DNA from: Candidatus Sumerlaeia bacterium
GTDB taxonomy: Bacteria > Sumerlaeota > Sumerlaeia > JADFCW01
Direction of reading: 5' to 3'
Assembly: GCA_026415575.1 (NCBI GenBank)
Contig: JAOAGV010000011.1
Location: forward strand, 625-64,624
DNA: 64,000 nucleotides
A program made the translations under genes and the position numbers. The notes beneath the pieces were generated by a model. It was given only the letters and a program-made list of their open reading frames with translations. It was not told where the DNA came from and made no database searches. This document shows positions 29,456 through 38,963 of this stretch, piece after piece. Positions within the stretch are counted from its first letter, which is position 1. Each line of letters starts with the position of its first letter.

Positions 29456-31534
29456 ATGTCTCCTACTGCCATGAACCTACTCCATCCGATCTTTCATCTT
29501 CACGGCTACCATATCGGCTCCCGAATAGACATCGAGCGAATTCTTCCGAGCAATCTCGAGGATGAAGACTGCGACCTCCTGATAGACGACCTGTCCGAGC
29601 CGCCGCATTTTATCGAACGCCTCGCCCCTGTCAGCACCCAATTCGGCAAGGAGACCGTCCGTGGCAAGAACTGGACGGAGTTGATGATCAAAAGCCTGCG
29701 CGCGCTCGAGCGCCTGCTGGCCCAGATCACCCTCTCGATCCATCAGCTGGTCCAGTCCAAACTCGGCGAGCGCGGCATGGTGCCGTTTATGTCCGCCGAC
29801 TTCGACGCCGACACGCTCCACCGCATCATCGAGATGGACTACGAGATTGGCGAAAACATCTACGGCCGCATCCTCGAACTGTTCCGCTCCGGCGTCCTCG
29901 CGCCCACGCTCACCGTGCCGTTTCAGATCATCCTGCCTCTGGTCGAACGCGAGGACGACGTCCGGCTGCTCATCCGGATGGGACTGAACTTCTACTGGCC
30001 CCTGATGATGCGCTATCAGCGATACGTGGCCAAAGTGCACGGCGAGGATTTGTTTGTGGGGACGTTCTGGTTGCCCGAAGCCGGATACAGCACCCGCGTG
30101 CTGACGCTGCTGCATGAGGAGTTCATGGCCAAGTGCAAGGAGGAAAAAATCGCGCAGGCGCACTTGCTCCTCCTGCTCGACCACGACCAGTGCGTGCAAC
30201 ACAACGGCGATGCGCTGATGAAGTCTTGGAATGCCATTCCGCTCGACGACAAGGGCCGCACGCTCGTTTCGGTGGTGCTGCGCGACCGCACGTTCAGCGA
30301 ATGGGTCATGTACAGCAATCCGTCGGTCAAAAAGCTGCTCGACCGCACAATCGCCAAGGCGGATTCCGACCTCAATAGCAAGGGCATCGAATACTGCTGG
30401 TCGCACTTCGATGAGCTGCCGGCGCTGTGTTACAATCCCAAGACGGCGCTCAACTTCGAGCAGAAGGTGATCAAGCTGACGGAGCTGGGCTATCTGCCGA
30501 TTTCGCCCGATGTGTTTGTGCGGCGCAAACTCCTCGAACGCTATGGCCGCGCTCCCAACGAACCCGTTCATGTCCGAATCCTCGAACGCACCGCGCGGCG
30601 CGACTGGCATCCGGCCAACCCCAACATGGGCCGCTGGGAAGGCTTTCTCGACGGCAATGTTGAAACCCGCATTGTGGACGAGAACCATCCCTATTTTCGC
30701 CGCACGCCCTCCGGCCGAAAGGAAGAACCCGGCCCGCAATGCTGGAAAATTGCCTTCTGTCGGGCCATCCGCACGTGTTTTGATACGGTTCGCGGCGACT
30801 ATGACAAGGCCGGCCCCGGCATGTTGCGCGTTTTGGCCGAAATGGTTCCGACGGGCGACCGGAAAATCCGCCGGCAAAATGTCGAGCGCTTCCTTCTGGC
30901 CTATTCCTACGTCTATTGGCGCGAGCATTTTCTCAATTTCGACCTGTCCGAGGGCGATCTCAATCTTCATGTCCTTGCGCCCGAAAACCTCCTCTACGGT
31001 CTGCGTGGAGCGGAACTCACCGACGAGCAGATCATTATTGCCGCCGTCGCTGCCCAAGCCTACTACTTTGCTCTCAGCAGCCTCGAATCTTTTGCCACGC
31101 TCTGGGAGAACATGGACCAGCGCGCCGCGTATCAGTGCGTGGTGATGGCCTGCCTTGCCATGATCAATGCCATCCACGTCCATCATTGGATGGGCCGGCC
31201 CGAAATGGCCCAGAAGATCGTGGCCGTCTATCGCGAGGAACTTATCGGATTCGAGTCGGCCTATACGCGCTACAACCTTGCCTCGTTTGGGGTCAAACCC
31301 GAGGAGTGGAAACAGGCAATCAAGTCGGAGGTTCCCGACTGCCAGTTGAACATGGTCGAGCGTGCGGCGCGGCGCCTGGCTGCGCGTCATTTGCGTGACC
31401 TTGGCTACAAGCGCGAGTTTCCCAAGACCGACGAAAGCCTCTCGACCAATGTCGGTCATATCTGGTCGGCCGAGGTCGAGCACGGCAATTTCATTTGGGA
31501 AAACCCGCTCTTCTACGGCACACCGGAATCTTGA
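29456..31534 (+). CDS. Large conserved-looking hypothetical protein (692 aa); family not recognised
   Basis: It has protein-like composition and high GC3. The 712-aa minus-strand ORF 29477..31615 has typical antisense composition (A/G/R/V-rich) and is rejected. Weak GH57/GH38-clan-like cues are FHLHGYH, FWLPEAGY and LLDHDQ. Confidence 0.65.
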   Translation: MSPTAMNLLHPIFHLHGYHIGSRIDIERILPSNLEDEDCDLLIDDLSEPPHFIERLAPVSTQFGKETVRGKNWTELMIKSLRALERLLAQITLSIHQLVQSKLGERGMVPFMSADFDADTLHRIIEMDYEIGENIYGRILELFRSGVLAPTLTVPFQIILPLVEREDDVRLLIRMGLNFYWPLMMRYQRYVAKVHGEDLFVGTFWLPEAGYSTRVLTLLHEEFMAKCKEEKIAQAHLLLLLDHDQCVQHNGDALMKSWNAIPLDDKGRTLVSVVLRDRTFSEWVMYSNPSVKKLLDRTIAKADSDLNSKGIEYCWSHFDELPALCYNPKTALNFEQKVIKLTELGYLPISPDVFVRRKLLERYGRAPNEPVHVRILERTARRDWHPANPNMGRWEGFLDGNVETRIVDENHPYFRRTPSGRKEEPGPQCWKIAFCRAIRTCFDTVRGDYDKAGPGMLRVLAEMVPTGDRKIRRQNVERFLLAYSYVYWREHFLNFDLSEGDLNLHVLAPENLLYGLRGAELTDEQIIIAAVAAQAYYFALSSLESFATLWENMDQRAAYQCVVMACLAMINAIHVHHWMGRPEMAQKIVAVYREELIGFESAYTRYNLASFGVKPEEWKQAIKSEVPDCQLNMVERAARRLAARHLRDLGYKREFPKTDESLSTNVGHIWSAEVEHGNFIWENPLFYGTPES

Positions 31535-31786
31535 GCCGGAATGCTGTCTCCCAACATCCGGCGTGCGTGGATTGATGGAGAGGACTTTTTTCGGCAGGAT
31601 GAATAGGATGGGCAAGATTTAGACCCACCACGGGGCACACAGGGAAAAAGGGAACAACAAAAGCAAGGTCTCATCCCGTATTTCCGTATTCCCCGCGGCG
31701 AAGGTTTTTCCCCTGTCAATCTTGTAAATCCTGTTGAGATTTTCAACGCTTGGCGCAGCTGCAAACACCTTGAGCAAATTCATCTT

Positions 31787-32383
31787 ATGAATGAAGCAAT
31801 CCGCTGCTTTCTGGCTGTGGAAGTGTCCGAGTCGGTGCGGAATGCCGCCGCCCGTCTGGCCGGCAATCTCCGCAAAGGCATTCAGTTCACCAAAGCCCAC
31901 CCCGCCTGGGTTAAAATGGAAAACCAGCATTTCACGGTGGTCTTTTTGGGCAATCAAACACCGCAACAGGTCGAGCGAATCCAAACCGCCTTGAGTGATC
32001 TACCTCAGCGCATGGCCCCGTTCGAAGTCGAGGTTGCCGGTTTGGGCGTCTTTCCCAACGAACGAAGCCCGCGCGTCCTGTGGGTGGGCGTGCGCCGGGG
32101 GCGCGAGGCCTTTGCGGCGCTCTACGAGAAGGTAATCAGCCGTCTTGTGCCGCTGGGCTTTCAGCCCGAAAGCCGCCCGTTTCATCCGCACTTAACTTTG
32201 GCGCGAATCAAATCCTTTCGCGGCGCCGCCGAGATGATGGACATCGTACGGAGCCACAAAGACTGCAGCTGCGGATCGTTCAGCGCAACAGGCCTGACGC
32301 TGTTTCGCAGTCAACTTCATCCGGACGGGGCCATTTATACCGTGCTGGCGCATTGGCCATTCAGCGCGCCGTCCGCTCCCTGA
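31787..32383 (+). CDS. thpR: RNA 2',3'-cyclic phosphodiesterase (2H phosphoesterase, LigT/ThpR)
   Basis: It has two H-x-T/S-x motifs: HFTVVFLG and HLTLARI. Confidence 0.85.
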   Translation: MNEAIRCFLAVEVSESVRNAAARLAGNLRKGIQFTKAHPAWVKMENQHFTVVFLGNQTPQQVERIQTALSDLPQRMAPFEVEVAGLGVFPNERSPRVLWVGVRRGREAFAALYEKVISRLVPLGFQPESRPFHPHLTLARIKSFRGAAEMMDIVRSHKDCSCGSFSATGLTLFRSQLHPDGAIYTVLAHWPFSAPSAP

Positions 32384-32429
32384 CCCTGCGGTGCGGCGTT
32401 TTTCCCATCGAGGCAGGAAATCCCTTCGC

Positions 32430-33896
32430 ATGTCCACTCCAACGCAGCGGCTGTTTCGGCACTCTGCGGGCTACATGGCCGGCCAGGGCGCTTTTTTTCT
32501 CAGCCGGTTGATCTTCTACGTTGCCTTTACGCGGCTGTTTGATCCCGCCGACTATGGGACGCTCAATCTTATTTCCAGCGCGCTGTTGTTTTTTATCGTG
32601 GCCGTGCGGCTGGGACAAAACGACTCGATTGTCCGCCTGTTGCCGGATGGCGAAAAGCGCGGCAAGGCCCCGTGCTATGTGGCTTCGATTGTTCTGCCCA
32701 TGCTGGGTTTTGGCCTTGCGGCGACGGCGCTGTTGTTCGGCGTGGTTGCCGGCGCGGCCGCACTTTACCCGCTGCCGCACGATTTGCGCTGGGCCTTCTA
32801 CTTTGCCTGCCCGATTGTCGGCCTGCGTCTGGGGGCCGATCTGACCTACGCGATTCTGCGCGCGCTCGAACGGCCCGCCCCCGCCGTGACGCTCGACGCC
32901 GGCCGCAACTGGCTGACCATCGCCGCCAGTCTGGCGATGGTGTTTGCATGGCGGGCCTCGATGGCGCCATTTTTCTTGGGGCAACTGATTGGGGAACTGG
33001 TGGTGTTTGGCCTTTGTTTGCGGTTCCTTGCGCGGCGTTTCTCGCTCCGGCCGGCGGAGTTCGACCGGACAGTCTGGCGGCAGGCTCTGGCCTATGGTCT
33101 CCCGATGGTAGTGTATCACTTGTCCGCCGTTGCGCTGCTCTATTTGGACCGCTATATTGTGCTGGGATATTTCGGCCCGCGGGCGGTCGGCCACTATTCC
33201 GCGGGCTACAATCTGGCGGCGATGGTGCAGCAGATTTTTGCGCTGCCCGTCACGCTGGCTGTTGTGCCGCTGTATATGAACCTGTGGAGCCGGGGCGAGC
33301 AGGAGTCGGCGCGAACGTTTGTCGAAAGCACGTTGCGCTGGTTCTGGCTCGGCGCGTGGCCCTGCATTTTCGGCGTGGCCGCCATCAAGTCCGATTTAAT
33401 TTTGCTTTTGGCCACCGAAAAGTATCAGGAATCCAGTCCTGTTGTAACCTATGTGCTGGCCGGCTACATCGTGTATGGCGCCTATCCCATCTATGCGGCC
33501 GGGCTTCTGATTCACAAGAAAACGGGCACGCTATGCGTGTGGATGCTGACGGCGCTGGCGGTCAACGTTGGCGTCAACTTGCTGCTGGTCCCGCGGTTTC
33601 ATATTGTGGGAGCGGCGGCGGCCACAACGATTGCCTATGTCTTTTTTGCACTCGCCGTGGCGATGGCTTCGCGCCGATACCTTGCCGTGCGGCTCTGGCC
33701 GCCGCAGGCCGCGCGCTATTTGATCGGCGCGTGCGTCATGTTTTTCATCGTGCGGGCGGTTGTTTTGCCCCATCCCGCATTGTCGCTGGCCGCGCGTATT
33801 GCCGCCGGAACGGCATTCTACAGCGTATGGCTGTATCTGACCGACAGCGACGTGCGCACACAAGCGGCCCGTATCCTGCGCCGCCCGCGGCTGTAA
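32430..33896 (+). CDS. Polysaccharide biosynthesis protein / oligosaccharide flippase (Wzx-like, MOP superfamily)
   Basis: It has at least 12 predicted TM helices and the typical flippase C-terminal half. An ATG at 32430 is chosen as the start. Confidence 0.75.
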   Translation: MSTPTQRLFRHSAGYMAGQGAFFLSRLIFYVAFTRLFDPADYGTLNLISSALLFFIVAVRLGQNDSIVRLLPDGEKRGKAPCYVASIVLPMLGFGLAATALLFGVVAGAAALYPLPHDLRWAFYFACPIVGLRLGADLTYAILRALERPAPAVTLDAGRNWLTIAASLAMVFAWRASMAPFFLGQLIGELVVFGLCLRFLARRFSLRPAEFDRTVWRQALAYGLPMVVYHLSAVALLYLDRYIVLGYFGPRAVGHYSAGYNLAAMVQQIFALPVTLAVVPLYMNLWSRGEQESARTFVESTLRWFWLGAWPCIFGVAAIKSDLILLLATEKYQESSPVVTYVLAGYIVYGAYPIYAAGLLIHKKTGTLCVWMLTALAVNVGVNLLLVPRFHIVGAAAATTIAYVFFALAVAMASRRYLAVRLWPPQAARYLIGACVMFFIVRAVVLPHPALSLAARIAAGTAFYSVWLYLTDSDVRTQAARILRRPRL

Positions 33897-34004
33897 CGCC
33901 GTTCCAGACTCTTGTTGCAATCTTCCGGCAGAATGCCAAAAGTCTTGTTGATTGATTGCCGCCGCTGGTGCGCGCCCATCCTTTTATGATCGGGTGAAAC
34001 AATC

Positions 34005-35228
34005 GTGGAACAACCCCAAACCATTGCCCCCCGGCAAGCACGCCCCGACGCCGACGGGCATTTCGGCGAATTCGGCGGACGCTATGTGCCCGAAACGCTC
34101 ATGCCCGCCCTGCTGGAACTCGAACAGCAATACTACCGCTTCCGCGACGATGCGGCCTTTCGCGCCGAACTCGATCATCTGCTTCGCACCTATGCGGGCC
34201 GCCCCACGCCGCTCTATTTCGCGCGCCGCCTGAGCGAACGGCTCGGCCGAGGCATCCGCGTCTATCTCAAACGCGAAGACCTTCTCCACACCGGCGCGCA
34301 CAAGATCAACAACACGCTCGGACAGGGGCTGTTGGCCCGGCGCATGGGCAAGCCGCGCGTGATTGCCGAAACCGGTGCGGGCCAGCACGGCGTGGCCACC
34401 GCCACCGCCGCGGCGCTCCTCGGCCTTCAGTGCGAAGTGTTCATGGGCGAGGAAGACATGGAACGCCAGGCGCTCAACGTCTTTCGCATGCAGTTGCTCG
34501 GCGCGCGCGTCGTGCCCGTCCATTCCGGCAGCCGCACGCTCAAAGACGCCACCAACGAGGCGTTCCGCGACTGGATGGCCCGGTGCGAAGACACCCATTA
34601 CATTGTCGGGTCGGTGGTCGGCCCACACCCGTTTCCAATGATCGTGCGCGATTTTCAATCGGTCATCGGCATTGAAGCGCGCGCGCAGATTCTGGAAATC
34701 GAAAAGCGTCTGCCCGATGTGCTGCTTGCGTGCGTCGGCGGCGGGAGCAATTCGCTGGGACTTTTCCACCCGTTCTACGAAGACCGCACCGTGCAATTTG
34801 TCGGGGTCGAGGCGGCGGGACTGGGCCGTCACACCGGCAAGCACGCGATGTCCATCACCACCGGACAGGTCGGGGTGTTTCACGGCGCGCGCGAATATGT
34901 GCTCCAGAACGACGACGGCCAGATTCAGATCGCGCACTCCATCTCGGCGGGGCTGGACTATCCGGGCGTCGGCCCCGAACATTGTTTTTATGCCGCCAGC
35001 GGGCGCGCGCGCTATGCGGCCGTGACCGACGCCGAGGCGCTCGAAGGCGTCAAGGTCCTGTGTGAACTCGAAGGCATCATTCCGGCGCTCGAATCGGCCC
35101 ATGCGGTCGCACATCTGGTTCTTCACCTGCGCGACGAACTGCCCGACGGCGCCATTGTCATCGTCTGCCTCTCCGGCCGCGGCGACAAGGATGTCTATGT
35201 GCTCAAGGAGCACTTGGGCAAGATGTGA
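34005..35228 (+). CDS. trpB: Tryptophan synthase beta chain
   Basis: It has [15 protein letters not shown] and the PLP lysine motif HTGAHKINN, with a GTG start at 34005. The minus-strand ORF 33984..35279 is an antisense shadow. Confidence 0.9.
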   Translation: MEQPQTIAPRQARPDADGHFGEFGGRYVPETLMPALLELEQQYYRFRDDAAFRAELDHLLRTYAGRPTPLYFARRLSERLGRGIRVYLKREDLLHTGAHKINNTLGQGLLARRMGKPRVIAETGAGQHGVATATAAALLGLQCEVFMGEEDMERQALNVFRMQLLGARVVPVHSGSRTLKDATNEAFRDWMARCEDTHYIVGSVVGPHPFPMIVRDFQSVIGIEARAQILEIEKRLPDVLLACVGGGSNSLGLFHPFYEDRTVQFVGVEAAGLGRHTGKHAMSITTGQVGVFHGAREYVLQNDDGQIQIAHSISAGLDYPGVGPEHCFYAASGRARYAAVTDAEALEGVKVLCELEGIIPALESAHAVAHLVLHLRDELPDGAIVIVCLSGRGDKDVYVLKEHLGKM

Positions 35229-35412
35229 GGATATTGGTTCTGTCGAAAAGTGTTTTGCTTGATGGCTGAAAGAGTGCACAACCAGATCGGTTTGCTAACA
35301 CAGGTTCGGTAATGGCTTGTCCGGAATGCCAAGCCGTGTCTTTAAACGGAAGCAAATCGTTCGGGGGGACGGCAAAATGAAAAACATCATTTCTGTCATC
35401 CCCCTTTGGAAT

Positions 35413-35431
35413 GCGGCAGCCATGCTGCCGC
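35413..35431. other. Near-palindromic 19-mer GCGGCAGCCATGCTGCCGC followed by TTTGCTTT; hairpin or terminator-like
   Basis: It forms a 7-bp GC-rich stem with a 5-nt loop and a T-rich tail. Its inverted partner lies at 35517-35535. Confidence 0.4.
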
Positions 35432-35516
35432 TTTGCTTTACGGCGAATTCAAAGCAGCCAAACGGGGCCCTTTCCGGGAAAACGAACGTTTCTTTTCACA
35501 ATGGACGATTGGAAAA

Positions 35517-35535
35517 GCGGCAGCATGGCTGCCGC
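35517..35535. other. Inverted copy of the 19-mer (GCGGCAGCATGGCTGCCGC), preceded by GAAAA
   Basis: It is the exact reverse complement of 35413-35431; read on the minus strand it is a hairpin followed by TTTTCC. Confidence 0.4.
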
Positions 35536-35558
35536 ACTCCAAAGGGTCGGCTAGCGTG

Positions 35559-35655
35559 ACCTTTGGTTACAACCAAAGCGACGAGAGCAAGAGGTCGGAA
35601 GTTAGAAAAGATCTTCGCATCTTGGATAGGTGTCTGGACGAAAGAGTCCAAAAAC
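35559..35655 (+). repeat. Copy A of a ~100-nt conserved element (core ACAACCAAAG...GCAAGAG...GAAGTT.GAAAAGATCTTCGCA..TTGG)
   Basis: It is immediately upstream of trpA and has about 70 % identity to 38799-38898. Confidence 0.5.
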
Positions 35656-35721
35656 CATTTGCTCTGCCGCCAAGACGCATGCGCCCTATGCTACCAATCT
35701 CGAAAGGTGGAACTCAGCGGA

Positions 35722-36576
35722 ATGAATCGAATCGAAGCAATGTTTGCCGAAAAAGCAAAGACCGGCCAAAAGGCCTTCATTCCCTTTATCACAGCGGGAT
35801 TTCCCGACCTGCCCCGCACGGAGCGGATCATTACCCTGCTGGCTGAAAACGGTGCCGATCTCATCGAGTTGGGCATTCCGTTCTCCGATCCGATTGCCGA
35901 CGGGCCGACCATTCAGCGCGCTTCGGCCGCCGCTCTGGAAGCCGGAGCCAGTGTGGCCCGAATCGTCGGACTGGTCAGACAGGTTCGACGCCAGACCGGC
36001 GTTCCCATTCTTCTTTTTAGCGCCTACAATCCGTTGTTTCACCGCGGGCTGGCGCGCGTGGCCGACGAGGCCAAACAGGCCGGCGCCGACGGATTTCTTG
36101 TGCCCGACCTCCCGCCCGAAGAGTCGGCGGAGTTCGATGCCATTCTGCGCGAGCGCGATATGCCGCTCATCTATCTGGTCGCGCCGACCACGCCGCCGCA
36201 GCGGCGCGAAAAAATTGCCCGACTTGCCCGCGGTTTCCTTTACTACATTTCGCTCAAGGGCGTTACAGGCGAGCGTGCATCGCTGCCGGCCGACCTCGAA
36301 TCGGGTGTGGCCGAGCTGCGCCGCCACACGGCGCTCCCGATTGCCGTCGGCTTCGGCATTTCGCGCCCCGAGCACGCGCGGGCCGTGGCTCGTTTCGCCG
36401 ACGGCGTCGTGGTTGGCAGCGCCATTGTGAAAAAGATCGAGGAACTGCGCGACGATCCCGACTGGGAGCACCACCTTGCCGAATTTGTCAGTTCTCTTGC
36501 CTCCGCCGCGAAAGCGTCGGTCGGGGTGGAACCCGACCCTCCGAGGGTCGGGTGCGATTTCCGAAATCACGCGTGA
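35722..36576 (+). CDS. trpA: Tryptophan synthase alpha chain
   Basis: The start is MNRIEAMFAEKAKTGQKAFIPFITAGFPD, and the TrpA loop GVTG is present. The track ORF begins at 35563 but its 5' part overlaps a repeat element. Confidence 0.9.
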   Translation: MNRIEAMFAEKAKTGQKAFIPFITAGFPDLPRTERIITLLAENGADLIELGIPFSDPIADGPTIQRASAAALEAGASVARIVGLVRQVRRQTGVPILLFSAYNPLFHRGLARVADEAKQAGADGFLVPDLPPEESAEFDAILRERDMPLIYLVAPTTPPQRREKIARLARGFLYYISLKGVTGERASLPADLESGVAELRRHTALPIAVGFGISRPEHARAVARFADGVVVGSAIVKKIEELRDDPDWEHHLAEFVSSLASAAKASVGVEPDPPRVGCDFRNHA

Positions 36577-36662
36577 AACGCGCGGGGTGGCAGATTGGCG
36601 GTTGACAGCCGTCGCCTCAGCCGCCACACTCATTTTCACCTTTTGCTCGAGGACTGTTGATC

Positions 36663-37547
36663 ATGGCTTGGTTTCGTAAACCCCAATACACCACGCTCCG
36701 TGCGACGCCGCCCCGCGACGTCATTCCGGAAGGCCTGTGGTTCAAGTGCACCGAGTGCGTGAATTTCATCTATCGGAAAGACTTCGAGCGCAACCTGATG
36801 GTCTGCCCGAAGTGCGGCGCCCATTTCAAAATGTCGGCCATGGAGCGCATCGCCATGCTCGCCGACGAAGGCACGTGGGAGGAATTCAACGCCCATATCC
36901 GGCCGACCGATGCCCTGAAGTTCTGCGACTCCAAGCCCTACGAAAAGCGGCTTAAGGATGCCATGTCCAAGGGCGACGCGAACGAAGCGGTCCGCACCGG
37001 CCGTTGCAAGATTGACGGCCATACTGTGTTGCTGTCGGTCATGGACTTCAATTTCATTGGCGGCAGCATGGGTTCGGTGGTCGGCGAGCGTGTGACGCGC
37101 CTGATGGAGCGTGCCTGCACCGACCGCCTGCCGGTAATCTCGGTCGCCACATCGGGCGGCGCCCGCATGCAGGAAAGTATTTTGTCGCTGATGCAAATGG
37201 CCAAGACCAGCGCCGCCTGCGCCATGCTGGCCCGCGAGCGAATCCCGTATATCAGCGTGCTGACCGACCCGACGACGGCCGGCGTCATGGCCAGTTTTGC
37301 CAGTTTGGGCGACGTGATCGTGGCCGAGCCGGGCGCATTGATCGGCTTCGCAGGCCCGCGGGTCATTCAGCAGACGATTAATCAGATTCTGCCGCGCGGC
37401 TTCCAACGCTCCGACTTTGTCCTCGCCCACGGATTTGTGGATATTGTTGTCGAGCGCAAGTATTTGAAAGCCACGCTGGCCAGACTGGTGTCGTTCTTCT
37501 GGGATGAACCGAAGAGCACGGCGAAAGTGGTGCCGATGGCCTTGTAA
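36663..37547 (+). CDS. accD: Acetyl-CoA carboxylase carboxyltransferase beta subunit
   Basis: It has an N-terminal Cys4 zinc ribbon (CTEC...CPKC) and a carboxyltransferase domain. The trpB-trpA-accD order is conserved in many bacteria. Confidence 0.9.
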   Translation: MAWFRKPQYTTLRATPPRDVIPEGLWFKCTECVNFIYRKDFERNLMVCPKCGAHFKMSAMERIAMLADEGTWEEFNAHIRPTDALKFCDSKPYEKRLKDAMSKGDANEAVRTGRCKIDGHTVLLSVMDFNFIGGSMGSVVGERVTRLMERACTDRLPVISVATSGGARMQESILSLMQMAKTSAACAMLARERIPYISVLTDPTTAGVMASFASLGDVIVAEPGALIGFAGPRVIQQTINQILPRGFQRSDFVLAHGFVDIVVERKYLKATLARLVSFFWDEPKSTAKVVPMAL

Positions 37548-37691
37548 GTGGAAGCGGGAATGGCTGGAGGCATAGGATGCCACCCACCGGCTGAAGGGCG
37601 AGCACACTGCATCCGTCCAAACCCGCTTGCGGCTTTTCGCACGTGTGTTCGGGTGCCTGCCGTTTGACGCTCTCAAATCGGGAATCCCACC

Positions 37692-38798
37692 ATGGCCGAT
37701 GTCGTTCTGTGCAATGTAACCAAGGTCTATCCGCCCGGCGTAGTGGCCGTGAAGGACCTCTCGCTGGAGGTGCGCGACCGCGAGTTTATGGTTCTGGTCG
37801 GCCCCTCCGGCTGCGGCAAGTCCACAACGCTTCGGATGATCGCGGGACTGGAACCCGTGACGTCGGGGGAGATTTTTATTGCCGACCGCCAGGTCAACGA
37901 CGTTGCCCCCAAAGACCGCGATTTGGCGATGGTGTTTCAGAACTACGCGCTCTATCCGCACATGAGCGTGTATCGCAACATGGCGTTCGGGCTGCAATTG
38001 AGAGGGGGATCGCGCGCCGAAATTGACCGCCGAGTGCGCGAGGCGGCCGATATTCTGGGCATCACGCACTTGCTCGACCGCAAGCCGCGCGCCTTGTCAG
38101 GCGGCGAGCGCCAGCGCGTGGCCGTCGGCCGCGCCATTGTTCGCCAGCCGCAGGCGTTTTTGTTCGACGAGCCGCTGAGCAACCTCGACGCGAAAATGCG
38201 GGTCCAGATGCGCGCTGAACTCAGCAAACTCCACGGCCGCCTCGCCGCCACGATGATCTACGTCACGCACGATCAGGTCGAGGCCATGACCATGGGCGAC
38301 CGCATCGCCGTGATGAAGGACGGGGTCATCCAGCAGGTGGCCGAGCCGCTGGAGCTCTATGAACATCCGGCCAATCGCTTTGTCGCCGAGTTTATCGGCA
38401 GCCCGCCCATGAATTTTATCGAGGGACACCTCGAAAGCGTCGGCGGCGGCTTTTTCTTTACCGACGGACGGTTTCGCGTCGAAATGCCTCTGGCTTGTCG
38501 TGACCGGGTTGCACCGCACACGGGCAAGCGCGTCACCTTCGGCATCCGTCCGGAACATCTTTGTGAACCGGTCATGGGTGTGGACGTGGCCGGCCCGCTT
38601 GCACCCGTAACCGCCAGAGTCGAACTCATCGAGCCGATGGGCGCCGAGCAGTTCATGTATCTCAGTCTTAATGATACGACCCTGATCGCCCGGTTGGACT
38701 CGCACATCCGTGCCGAAGTCAATGAAATCCGGACGTTATATATGGAAATGAGCCAGGCCCACTTGTTCGACGCCACAACGGGACAGGCAATTTTCTAA
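37692..38798 (+). CDS. ABC transporter ATP-binding protein, MalK/UgpC/MsmX-like (sugar-type ATPase)
   Basis: It has Walker A GPSGCGKST, the signature LSGGERQRV, Walker B LFDEPLSNLD and a C-terminal regulatory TOBE-like domain. No permease or binding protein is adjacent. Confidence 0.9.
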   Translation: MADVVLCNVTKVYPPGVVAVKDLSLEVRDREFMVLVGPSGCGKSTTLRMIAGLEPVTSGEIFIADRQVNDVAPKDRDLAMVFQNYALYPHMSVYRNMAFGLQLRGGSRAEIDRRVREAADILGITHLLDRKPRALSGGERQRVAVGRAIVRQPQAFLFDEPLSNLDAKMRVQMRAELSKLHGRLAATMIYVTHDQVEAMTMGDRIAVMKDGVIQQVAEPLELYEHPANRFVAEFIGSPPMNFIEGHLESVGGGFFFTDGRFRVEMPLACRDRVAPHTGKRVTFGIRPEHLCEPVMGVDVAGPLAPVTARVELIEPMGAEQFMYLSLNDTTLIARLDSHIRAEVNEIRTLYMEMSQAHLFDATTGQAIF

Positions 38799-38898
38799 CG
38801 TGGTCCTCGGCCACAACCAAAGAGGTCAGAGGCAAGAGATTAGAAGTTGGAAAAGATCTTCGCAAATTGGCTGCATGTTTAGACCGAAAAGTCGAAGG
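38799..38898 (+). repeat. Copy B of the ~100-nt conserved element
   Basis: It lies between the ABC ATPase stop (38798) and the REC-HK start (38964). Confidence 0.5.
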
Positions 38899-38963
38899 CG
38901 CCCGGTACGACCGCGGGCAACGGCCCCGGCGCCGTTCACCCCGCTGCGCAAGGATGCGACACC

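Noticed and set aside
29477-31615. 712-aa minus-strand ORF opposite the 692-aa hypothetical gene
   Set aside because: It has antisense-type composition (A/G/R/V/H/D-rich, few K/N/Y/W). The plus-strand frame is protein-like with high GC3, and the plus-strand gene is called instead.
33984-35279. 431-aa minus-strand ORF
   Set aside because: It is the antisense shadow of trpB.
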